From: a virus
DNA length: 64,000 bases
Direction: 5' to 3' (one strand)
IMG/VR virus record: IMGVR_UViG_3300031227_000013
The translations under genes and the position numbers were made by a program. Position 1 is the stretch's first letter; each line of letters opens with the position of its first letter. Below, one piece after another: positions 44,009 through 52,263 of this stretch. The notes below the pieces were generated by a model, which saw only the letters and a list, made by a program, of their open reading frames with translations, did not search any database and was not told where the DNA came from.

Positions 44009-44350
44009 TTAGTCTACACTAGGCCAATGAAGGCCTAACGTATTTTTTGCGCGCTCTTTAGAAGCAGCGCGCTTCTGAATTTTCTCAAAAGAGGCTACTC
44101 TACAAACAGAGCAGCAGGGTTGTCTAAACCCTGCGAGAGACATTTTTACTGCCTCACGATGAGAAGGTGCTTCTGCATGCCCACAGGCATACAGATATGT
44201 CCCGTCGTCTTGTACAACGACAGCTTCTGCCTCGGAGAAACGGTCTCTCCAGGCCAGGTACTTCTGACTGGGGAATGTCTTCCCCATCAATTCTTCTGCT
44301 GCAGATACTAGATCCGCTTTTTCCTCTTGTGTCATATAATTTCCTTTCAC
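44009..44350 (-). CDS. Hypothetical protein with CGH...CSVC motif
   Basis: 113-aa ORF followed by a terminator at 43975-44001. Confidence 0.55.
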   Translation of the reverse strand: MKGNYMTQEEKADLVSAAEELMGKTFPSQKYLAWRDRFSEAEAVVVQDDGTYLYACGHAEAPSHREAVKMSLAGFRQPCCSVCRVASFEKIQKRAASKERAKNTLGLHWPSVD

Positions 44351-44486
44351 TTTTTACGGAAATCCAGAGCGACCAGGATTCCCATTATTATAATTATAAT
44401 GCCTACCACGCCGGACGCGATAAACATTATTAACTTTAGGAGATTCACCATGTTATACAAAGTCCCCTCGAATTAATATCCATTAA

Positions 44487-44519
44487 TATATAATGCCAAA
44501 AAAACAGCACTAATTAAGC
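44487..44519 (-). promoter_or_regulatory. Bipartite promoter-like motif
   Basis: CTTAA-N15-TGGCA-TTATA; a further partial copy at 44675-44707; each precedes a short hydrophobic ORF. Confidence 0.7.
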
Positions 44520-44702
44520 ACCTAAAAAAGAAACCCTAAGGCTTCCTTTTAACTCTGCCGAGCCAACAAACGGCCTCAGCAAAGATTTTAATGCATACTA
44601 TCGGTATCACTACCGACGAAGATGCCGCTATTATAATCAGGAAATCCAACATATTAACCTCCTTTGCGGGTTAATATATTATGCCAAAAAAATGGATTTT
44701 TT

Positions 44703-45050
44703 TTAAAACGTAAGCAAGTCCACTATGTGGTGTTCCGTAAGATATTCGTCCAGCATAAAATCAGGACAGTTATCTATTTTTTCCGCAGCCATCTTAATAA
44801 GGGCTTCCAGCCGACGGTATCGAGATGGCTTATTAACTGTACTGCTAACCATATTTAATACCTTATCAGTTGAATAATAAGATATACTGAATTCATCACT
44901 TCTTAAATGCAGAGCTGCGTACAACCCGAAGGATTTATCAGAAATAAAAAACCCGTCAACTCCATCTAAACTATATCTTTTAAGAACCTGTTGATGAAAC
45001 TGTCTGTCCTTCAGTATGTTCTCATAATCATCATTTGAAATAAAAACCAT
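44703..45050 (-). CDS. Hypothetical protein, weakly related to family C
   Basis: DNCPDFMLDEYL resembles DDCPNYVMEDYL in ORF 38907. Confidence 0.55.
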   Translation of the reverse strand: MVFISNDDYENILKDRQFHQQVLKRYSLDGVDGFFISDKSFGLYAALHLRSDEFSISYYSTDKVLNMVSSTVNKPSRYRRLEALIKMAAEKIDNCPDFMLDEYLTEHHIVDLLTF

Positions 45051-45187
45051 ATTTATCCTCTCGATTCATGACGTGTGTATGGACTTTTCCTGTTCTTCTT
45101 ACGTATAACAGGGAGTGTTCCATATCGACTCTTTTTTCTGAATATCTTATTTAATAATTTTTTCATTCCATCTCTCCTTTAAATGTA

Positions 45188-45229
45188 AAAAGGGTCCGGA
45201 AGAACCACCATCGAAATTCTTCCGGACCC
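45188..45229 (-). terminator. Strong intrinsic terminator (13-bp stem)
   Basis: GGGTCCGGAAGAA-N12-TTCTTCCGGACCC-TTTT. Confidence 0.8.
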
Positions 45230-45290
45230 GCCTGAAAGGAAGGAGTCAGCTCAAGCTCCAGCAGCATACTCCCCTAGATTAATTCTTATT

Positions 45291-45659
45291 TTATGCGCCT
45301 GCTAAACAATCTCTTACAGCACTTAGCGCTTGTATCGCATCATTCATTTTTTCCACTAACGAAGGATCAGTCCTCTGCCCCTCATCAAATACTTCCACAG
45401 GAGGTGTAACTACCGCTTCCGAAATACCCCCGCTTTTAGGGATTGTGTATCCGGCTACTGCATAAATATCTTCGTACACAGTTGTAGCCTTGGATAATAT
45501 TATTCCTTCTCTCTTAATTAATTCTTCGATCTTTTTCCGAGGTACTAATACCCCGTCTACTGTTTCTATTTTGAAAGGGACAATATCTTTTTCTTTTTTA
45601 AGTCCCATCTTTTTTAATTCTTCGTAAATACTATTCGAAACAAAAAATGCTTCGTCCAT
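45291..45659 (-). CDS. Hypothetical protein
   Basis: 122-aa ORF with AGGAG RBS. Confidence 0.6.
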   Translation of the reverse strand: MDEAFFVSNSIYEELKKMGLKKEKDIVPFKIETVDGVLVPRKKIEELIKREGIILSKATTVYEDIYAVAGYTIPKSGGISEAVVTPPVEVFDEGQRTDPSLVEKMNDAIQALSAVRDCLAGA

Positions 45660-45679
45660 AAACCCTCCTGGGTTTTAAG

Positions 45680-45994
45680 TTAAACTTCACCCTCTTTTGC
45701 TAAGTAAGCTGCAGTACTGGAATCAGAATCCATAGCATGTCCGGGTGTTTCATCCTCTATTGTTTCCTCGTCGGATGATGCTTCTAATTCTTCTGTTATA
45801 ATTCTTCTTATACACTCGTACATATCTGCCAGCCATATGTTGGATTCGAGGGAACTGTCTATATTTACCAATGCTTCAGGAGCCACTTCAGGATCCATAT
45901 TATCAACATCAATCCCCAGTTCTCTCAGCCTCTCCACCATTGTATCTTCCAGACATTCAAGTATACAATTAAGATTAAACAATTCTCCTGTCAT
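45680..45994 (-). CDS. Acidic hypothetical protein
   Basis: 104-aa ORF. Confidence 0.6.
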   Translation of the reverse strand: MTGELFNLNCILECLEDTMVERLRELGIDVDNMDPEVAPEALVNIDSSLESNIWLADMYECIRRIITEELEASSDEETIEDETPGHAMDSDSSTAAYLAKEGEV

Positions 45995-45999
45995 AATAG

Positions 46000-46035
46000 A
46001 AAAAATGGATCCCTCTAAAGGGAGGAGAGGGATCC
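46000..46035 (-). terminator. Intrinsic terminator closing the ubiquitin-like operon
   Basis: GGATCCCTCT-N9-AGAGGGATCC followed by ATTTTTT on the minus strand, 7 nt after the Ubl stop. Confidence 0.8.
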
Positions 46036-46042
46036 AGTTATA

Positions 46043-46456
46043 CTAGTTGTTTCCCTTGATCTGTTTGACCAAGAAAATATTTGCACCGTCAACAACTGCT
46101 GTGTCTTCGGATACGGTACTACCATTCATCTTAATCTCAAAGCCTTCGGCGTCGAGATCTGCAAGTTCCAGTACGGCCTCAATGGTCGTGCCAGATTCAA
46201 CAGCTAATTCCGAGAGTGTTCCAGGAACTTTACCAACTGTTACTACGCATTGATTTCCTTTGATCTGCTTGACCAGGAAAATATTTGCGCCGTCAGGAGC
46301 ATCGTCTGTCAAAGATGCGGTACTGCCGTTGACTTTAATTTCGAAACCCTCTGCATCGAGGTTTCCTGCTGCCAGGGCATCTGCAACTGTAGCGCCATTT
46401 TCGACGGCTACTTCTGAAAGTGTTCCTGGTACTTTTCCTACTGTGATTTGTTTCAT
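46043..46456 (-). CDS. Tandem two-copy ubiquitin-like (beta-grasp) protein, each unit ending LVKQIKG-N
   Basis: Two ~68-aa repeats (TVGKVPGTLSE.AVE.G.T...L....L.AEGFEIK.NG...DGANIFLVKQIKGN); ThiS/MoaD/Ub-type GaTv..aL and vNG patterns. Confidence 0.85.
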   Translation of the reverse strand: MKQITVGKVPGTLSEVAVENGATVADALAAGNLDAEGFEIKVNGSTASLTDDAPDGANIFLVKQIKGNQCVVTVGKVPGTLSELAVESGTTIEAVLELADLDAEGFEIKMNGSTVSEDTAVVDGANIFLVKQIKGNN

Positions 46457-46470
46457 TACTTATTCCTTTG

Positions 46471-47160
46471 TTATAACTTAAAGGTTTGTGTTATAGACAT
46501 ATATGGCCGCATGCCGTATATGATTTCGTTCTCGATTGGGTCTCCATTATTATGCTTCAGCATCTGCCAAACAGCTATTGTGGATATATTAACTGCTGTA
46601 GCAATTACTGAAACAGAAGAGCCACAGAGAGATTCTTCCGCCGTATCATCATCATATAGAGTAGCCTCCCACTTCTCTGCCTGATTAAGCATTGTCGGAA
46701 CGAAAGAATAAATTCTTCCGTTATCATCCCCCATTCTTGTTTCTACTATTAAATTAACACCGAACTTCATCTTTAGAAATTCAGTGAAAATTTCCTTACG
46801 TGAAGACATTGTATCTGTCAGGAGAAATACAATATTCCCCGGGACATATCCGCAACCCGTCTCCACTTTTTCATTGACAGCTTCTATTTCAATTTCCGTC
46901 AATTGTTTTATGAGCTCTTTAAGAGCGTCAACTTTGTACTTCCCTACATCAGACAGTCGGAACATTTGATTAGGAATATTGTGTTCTTCCACCTTATCAT
47001 AATCGAACACACGTATCTTTTTCACTCCCATCTTAGCGAGTAAATAAGCTACGTGTGAACCTGTTGCTCCAGCCCCTATTATGTCAACCTTCTTTGTAAA
47101 CAAATTAGGTTTAAAAACAGATAGCTGTCTATTATAGGAGATACTGGCAGGTATACCCAT
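46471..47160 (-). CDS. E1-like / ThiF-family adenylating enzyme
   Basis: IIGAGATGS, DYDKVEEHNIPNQ, GKYKVDA and LLTD motifs; no CxxC zinc pairs; single Cys in EESLCG. Confidence 0.92.
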   Translation of the reverse strand: MGIPASISYNRQLSVFKPNLFTKKVDIIGAGATGSHVAYLLAKMGVKKIRVFDYDKVEEHNIPNQMFRLSDVGKYKVDALKELIKQLTEIEIEAVNEKVETGCGYVPGNIVFLLTDTMSSRKEIFTEFLKMKFGVNLIVETRMGDDNGRIYSFVPTMLNQAEKWEATLYDDDTAEESLCGSSVSVIATAVNISTIAVWQMLKHNNGDPIENEIIYGMRPYMSITQTFKL

Positions 47161-48306
47161 CAGTCAATTTCCTGAAAGGAATACTTACCGACCTTCTTAT
47201 TTTTAGGAGGACGACCTGGTTTTCTCTTTTTACCTACTTTTTTTAAAGGAGTAGCTCCTTCAACTCCATCGTCCACATTATCCAATGGGTATGTCTTATG
47301 AACATTGTTTCCTCCTACAGGTCTTCCCTGATAGCCATTATTTCCATAGCCATTAGGTGAACCACCATATCCATGCTCGGAACCATGTCCTTGAAAACCA
47401 ATCCCACTCTGGTTCATACCCTGGTGATACCCAGCGGCGTTTTTTAGGCCACCATACACCATCTTGGTAACCTTTTCCTCGATCTGTCCTTTCCAGTATT
47501 CTACCTTAGGATCATCATCTTCATTTACCTGAATACTCCATGGGGCATCCTTGAGAGCAAGCCCTATATCATACTGAAAAATAGCGAACCCATATTCGCC
47601 TTTATTGTTTCCGATACATCTTATAAAGAATCTGTTTAGAGCTCCTTCGGAACCCTTAAGATTATCAGAAAATACTTCCATCTGTGTGTTATCCTGGCCG
47701 GACGGACCAACTCCGCCGCTTATGTGTGACATTCTGTTACTTAATAACCTACTAATGTAGGCGGGTATCCAGTTTCCTGATACCTCTCTATGTCTCCATA
47801 GAGATCAGACTATCGCTCGGCCCTCAGCATTACCTGTAGGGTTCTTCTCGCTTAGTCGTTGACCGTCCTTTAAATATCTTAAAGGTTCGGCAGGATTACC
47901 CTCGGCTTTACCGTTAGGGCTTCCCCCTCAATCAGAGAAGATTTTTCTAGTGACTGTTACCAGTCACGGGGCACTCACCTACTGCTTACGCAGCGTCACA
48001 TATTTTATGCCCCCAAAGGCGAATATTATTAGCTTCATCGGTTGTCATATCTCCGGAAGTTATAAGTTCCCCCATTAATTCAGCCAGTCCATCAGGAGTT
48101 ATTTCGGTTGTTCCACCGTTAACATCCTGTTGGGGAAGAGGTAATATATTATAAACTAAAAATACATTATCCTCTTCTTTACGTACAAGACCTAACCATC
48201 CTATTTCATCATCGCAGTTATTAATTATAATGTCCATGTCTTTTTTGACCTCAGGTAGTAATACTACCGAGGGCATTCCTTCATTTAACCATTCGACTGT
48301 AGGCAT
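47160..48306 (-). CDS. JAB/JAMM metallopeptidase, 289 aa after splicing: join(48306..48007, 47729..47160)
   Basis: Exon 1 ends DEIGWLG...LWGH; exon 2 starts SHISGGVGPSGQD; joined they give E...HSHx7SxxD exactly. Confidence 0.9.
47730..48006 (-). ncRNA. Group I self-splicing intron (277 nt, no ORF) inside the JAB gene
   Basis: 5' exon ends in U, intron ends in G; P1 U.G pair possible; P3 TCTTCTC/GAGAAGA; P7 GACTA/TAGTC; P9 TCTCTATG-GAGA-CATAGAGA; GNRA-capped peripheral stems; removal restores frame and catalytic motif. Confidence 0.9.
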
Positions 48307-49796
48307 TACATTATGTCCTTATCTTTATCGTCACGGTCTTTCCAAGCAACAACCGTTCCGTCCTCTTTGACCAAAGGCCATCTGTTTACATACTTACCAG
48401 CGGCATCGTCAACATTAACGTTTTCGAGGTAGAGTATACACAGAGCTGCTATGGCACTGTAGTTATGAGCTGCTCTGATCTGAGGGAGCGATTCCACCAG
48501 ATCTCCCAGACAGGGTTTACCATCAGGAAATACATGCGGAGCATGCATCCCTCTGGAGTTATATCCCGTAATCTGCTGAGTAGTATTTAACATTAGTATT
48601 TCTTTATTAACATCTGTAGGAACTTCAATACGAAAAGCTCCGACCTCGTGGTTAAGTTTCGTACGTGGGTCAATAACATATACTGTATCTGTTATTATAT
48701 GTACCCCGTCCTTAACAATCCGTACTCCTCTGACATGCTTCTGGGAATACAGGTCACGAATCATTTTGTTAGCTCTTTCATCAAAATTATTCGATGTACC
48801 TGCTTCAACCATCTGCATCTTTGCAGTACGATCTCTTAATTTAAGCGTCAAATGTCCCTGATGCTTTTCAATCTCTTTTGAAAGTTTATCAATTGTGTCC
48901 TGCAGCCCTTTATACTCGACTGAAAGAACATCCTCAACAAACTTTATCAGCCTTTCCCGATCTTTCTTCTCACGGGTCTTGGCGATATCAGCGACTTCTG
49001 ACTTGAGTTGCTCCGTTCCCAGTTGCTCTTTGAATAGCTCCAAAGATTTTCTGAAAATGGTGATTGCTGAAATGGAAGGCTTCTGAACCGCATCCCATAG
49101 AAAATAGAGATGATTCGGTTTAACATATTCCATTATTGCAACACCTGTCTTAGGATCATTAATTCCCACCCCACTGTCTGTAAGAGGGAACATAGGATCT
49201 TCACAGCCTACTTTCTTTCCGAATAGACTTGATGGAGGAATTAACTTACCATCAGCTCCGCCTATCAGACTATCTGCTTTAGGAGAAGACCATACTCTAA
49301 TATTCAGGTCATGCTCACAGTCCTCAGGAAGTTCAATATCCCCGTTAGGAACTGTAACAGATACATTCGTATATACATCCTGTAACACTTCTTCAACAAC
49401 TTTTATGAAGTCTTCACGACCACGTCCATCCCACTTATCGGGAGATGATTGTACTGTGATACTTCCAGATCCCGCACTTACTACCTCGGCCTCATTAGGG
49501 GCTGGAGGTGCAACGGGCGGTATATCTTCCAGAGGATCAGGAACTACTTCTTCAGCCGTTACTTCTACTTGTGGAGTATCATTATTGGTTCTTTCCCGGA
49601 AAGTTGTTCTTAGAAAAGAAATACCTTCAAACATTGTTCGTTCATCATTAAACTCTATATTCTGTCCCATTACCGGATGTACTTCTACCCGAGGTATCAG
49701 AAATCCGTCCACATCATTGATGTTGAATGTAGGTGAGCTACCAGCCCAGCCCAATTCAGTTAGTTTGTCTAGTTGTTCTCGTGTTACGAAATACAT
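48306..49796 (-). CDS. E2-like (UBC fold) protein with large N-terminal region and coiled coil
   Basis: C-terminal HAPHVFPDGKPCLG matches the E2 HPx(V/I)xxxGxxCL signature; TAATG-coupled to JAB. Confidence 0.8.
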   Translation of the reverse strand: MYFVTREQLDKLTELGWAGSSPTFNINDVDGFLIPRVEVHPVMGQNIEFNDERTMFEGISFLRTTFRERTNNDTPQVEVTAEEVVPDPLEDIPPVAPPAPNEAEVVSAGSGSITVQSSPDKWDGRGREDFIKVVEEVLQDVYTNVSVTVPNGDIELPEDCEHDLNIRVWSSPKADSLIGGADGKLIPPSSLFGKKVGCEDPMFPLTDSGVGINDPKTGVAIMEYVKPNHLYFLWDAVQKPSISAITIFRKSLELFKEQLGTEQLKSEVADIAKTREKKDRERLIKFVEDVLSVEYKGLQDTIDKLSKEIEKHQGHLTLKLRDRTAKMQMVEAGTSNNFDERANKMIRDLYSQKHVRGVRIVKDGVHIITDTVYVIDPRTKLNHEVGAFRIEVPTDVNKEILMLNTTQQITGYNSRGMHAPHVFPDGKPCLGDLVESLPQIRAAHNYSAIAALCILYLENVNVDDAAGKYVNRWPLVKEDGTVVAWKDRDDKDKDIM

Positions 49797-49958
49797 TTAT
49801 CCCTTTCTATGTTAAAATTAATTTCGTTTTATATAGATAAAGCAGATAAGGGTGGCAGGCCGTCTGGGCAAAACCCTGTTTCATGACCACCATTTTGTAT
49901 AAAAATACTCGGCCTCATATCCGCTAAAAACAATGATAGTTATATCATCTTAGTAATC

Positions 49959-49988
49959 TATTATGCCACAAAAACGCGATAAATTAAG
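49959..49988 (-). promoter_or_regulatory. Bipartite promoter-like motif upstream of the ubiquitin-like operon
   Basis: CTTAA-N15-TGGCA-TAATA, ~165 nt before the E2 start. Confidence 0.7.
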
Positions 49989-50439
49989 TTCGAAGATACT
50001 GCTCGTCACAAGTTATCGCAACAGCTAGGGCTGAATATATATCCGACTTAAATCCTTTAAGTTTACCTTTAGGTCGTTTTCCCGGAATTAGGTCAGGTTC
50101 GAATCGATCGAGTAGCTCCTGACGTATTCCACAGTCTTTAGCGGCTCCTGTGCCGCAGATATACTTTTTCTCGTCGACACGCTTTATTCTGTAGTGTGTT
50201 CCTTTAAAAGCCTGCATACATTTTCCTATAAAGAAACAGGTTTCAAAAGTCTCTTTTCCGACTCGGGCTCCATACGAACATATGGTCTCTATCGCCATTA
50301 CATCAGCCTGTCCACCTTCTACAATACCCAGCATTCTCTCATTACTTATTTTACCGAATGCATAAATTTCCTCTGTCTCATTATTATACGTAACATACCC
50401 AGATTCCGTAGTTCCGGGGTCTACTCCTAATATTATCAT
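49984..50439 (-). CDS. ruvC: RuvC-like Holliday junction resolvase
   Basis: ILGVDPG, AIET and SDIYSALAVA catalytic pattern. Confidence 0.8.
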   Translation of the reverse strand: MIILGVDPGTTESGYVTYNNETEEIYAFGKISNERMLGIVEGGQADVMAIETICSYGARVGKETFETCFFIGKCMQAFKGTHYRIKRVDEKKYICGTGAAKDCGIRQELLDRFEPDLIPGKRPKGKLKGFKSDIYSALAVAITCDEQYLRT

Positions 50440-51107
50440 GTCATTACCTTTCTTCCGGGAATATACACCTCTTCATCACTTGTTCTTCCCAGTATGTTTT
50501 TTAGTATTTCATCCATCATTACCGTATTCTGTTCCGCCACTGTATACGGACCCATCTTACAATCATACTCTTCCCCCAGCCGGTCTTCGTAATTAGTATT
50601 CAGAGGACACCGATATCCGGAAGACGCTTTCTTACTTACAAGCTTGCATATGTCCTTAAGAGGCCCTTTAAAACTAGCTAGAGTTTCTCCAAAAGATCTA
50701 CGTACAGATTCGTAGTCAGATATAGCCAGGCAGGGCTTGTAGTTCATGTACTCTTTCAGCCCGACCCAACTATTACCGGCTATCAGCTTTCTGTTCCACC
50801 AGTCATTATTGTATACTATGTAGGATATGTTATTCTCCTGCATAAGCCCGACCAGTTTATTTTCTACTACTTCGGGCAGGACAGCCTCTGCATAATAACT
50901 GTTGATAGATATTCCGGTATACTGCATGTTGCCCCTTACATTACCTCCCAGAACATATTCGTTATACAGAACTCCTTTAAGCATATAAGCTACCTGAACA
51001 ATAGCGGCGTCTGCTTTTACTGAATCAGACGCCATGTTCAATACTATATAATTATCAGGATCCTGTACCCCTGCCTTCTCTTTAAGAAACTCCCTGATAA
51101 TACCCAT
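50436..51107 (-). CDS. Possibly degenerate DnaQ-like 3'-5' exonuclease fold
   Basis: Pattern IVQVAY...YTGIS...VYN resembles DEDDh exonucleases but the first acidic residues are missing. Confidence 0.35.
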   Translation of the reverse strand: MGIIREFLKEKAGVQDPDNYIVLNMASDSVKADAAIVQVAYMLKGVLYNEYVLGGNVRGNMQYTGISINSYYAEAVLPEVVENKLVGLMQENNISYIVYNNDWWNRKLIAGNSWVGLKEYMNYKPCLAISDYESVRRSFGETLASFKGPLKDICKLVSKKASSGYRCPLNTNYEDRLGEEYDCKMGPYTVAEQNTVMMDEILKNILGRTSDEEVYIPGRKVMT

Positions 51108-51630
51108 AGCTCTCCTTACGCATAATAAACCGTTCCTTCACTTCGTGTTCGACACCCCAGTCCTTACGCTTCATCAAACTTATAAGCTCCTTCTGCAGAC
51201 CTGCTATTTCCTCAGCTCCGGGATAATTGCTATCCTTCGCGGGATACAGCTCCACCATCAGTAGACAATCGTCACGGGCTACCCGGTCTATTTCCCCCAT
51301 GGTATATGCTATCTCCCATGTGTCGAGAAACATCAGGACGTAATTAGCAAGTATTATGTTCACTGTCGACATACCTGTCGGGAATGCTTCCTTACCCAGA
51401 ACAAGTTTTTCCCCTACATCCCCTGCCATATCGTATCCGGAGATATTATGAAACCCCTGTTCCATCAGGTAGTTCGAGTTGCGTCCATTACCGCATCCAA
51501 TATCCATCACGACCTCTTCCGCCCAGGTTTCTCCTCTCTTTAGGAGATCGATCTTCTTCACCAGATAGGGGGTAGGATCTTCCCTGGAACATCTTACGCA
51601 CCATCTGTCATTCATATATTTTCGACTCAT
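51082..51630 (-). CDS. Class I SAM-dependent methyltransferase
   Basis: MDIGCGNGRN, GYD, ILANYVLMF; start reset to MSRKY at 51630. Confidence 0.85.
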   Translation of the reverse strand: MSRKYMNDRWCVRCSREDPTPYLVKKIDLLKRGETWAEEVVMDIGCGNGRNSNYLMEQGFHNISGYDMAGDVGEKLVLGKEAFPTGMSTVNIILANYVLMFLDTWEIAYTMGEIDRVARDDCLLMVELYPAKDSNYPGAEEIAGLQKELISLMKRKDWGVEHEVKERFIMRKESYGYYQGVS

Positions 51631-51631
51631 A

Positions 51632-52249
51632 TTATCCTCTATTATTATAAAACTCAGCTTCCATACAATCGTATATATACTTACCGAGTTCAGGCAGTAC
51701 ACAATTCCTCAGTACCTGCCTCTTATTCTTAATTTTATATTCCGATAGGTCGAAACCATACTTATCCTGTAGGTCAGGTATCTGTGCTTTCCTTATATTA
51801 TCCTTAGCAAAAGACTTATCCCCAATAGAAAAGTTACACCAGAACAGGTGTCTCTGCAGAACCTTATCCGGTTCGATCAGGGGAGTATAATAAGGTTTCA
51901 CATTCTCCACAACCCACGGACAATTAGCATTATACTTCAGAAATAGTATCTCCTCGTATAACTGCATATCTGGATATTTAGGTTCCGTACCTCTATACCG
52001 TACACATATATTCTGCCGGAAAGACGAATGACTCTGACACGGGGGACTGCTCCATATGAAATCATATTCTTTATAATGCAGTCTCAAATACTCATGTGCG
52101 TCCCCTATAACTATTGTGTCCTCAGGAAACTGTGTATGATAAAAACCAGCTATGTCTTCATTCATCTCTACAGCTGTCACCTCAACACCTTCGCCCCACA
52201 ACTTCCTATTTCCTCCAATTCCAGAATAATTATTCAATATTTTTATCAT
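51632..52249 (-). CDS. Short C5 DNA cytosine methyltransferase
   Basis: Motif I YSGIGG, motif IV SPPCQ, motif VI ENV. Confidence 0.85.
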   Translation of the reverse strand: MIKILNNYSGIGGNRKLWGEGVEVTAVEMNEDIAGFYHTQFPEDTIVIGDAHEYLRLHYKEYDFIWSSPPCQSHSSFRQNICVRYRGTEPKYPDMQLYEEILFLKYNANCPWVVENVKPYYTPLIEPDKVLQRHLFWCNFSIGDKSFAKDNIRKAQIPDLQDKYGFDLSEYKIKNKRQVLRNCVLPELGKYIYDCMEAEFYNNRG

Positions 52250-52263
52250 TATATATCTCTTAT

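Noticed and set aside
46043-47160. ThiS/ThiF or MoaD/MoeB sulfur-relay pair
   Set aside because: An E2-like gene with a catalytic-position Cys and a JAB are in the same operon, the Ubl ends in a masked single Gly, and no thiamine, molybdopterin or cysteine synthesis genes are adjacent. Not formally excluded without biochemistry.
47733-48006. Intein or simple frameshift splitting the JAB gene
   Set aside because: The intervening 277 nt contain stop codons and no intein motifs, but do show group I core pairings and U/G splice boundaries.
17749-49988. Sigma-54 promoters (TGGCA element)
   Set aside because: The required TTGC element at -12 is absent in all copies; the conserved partner element lies upstream instead.
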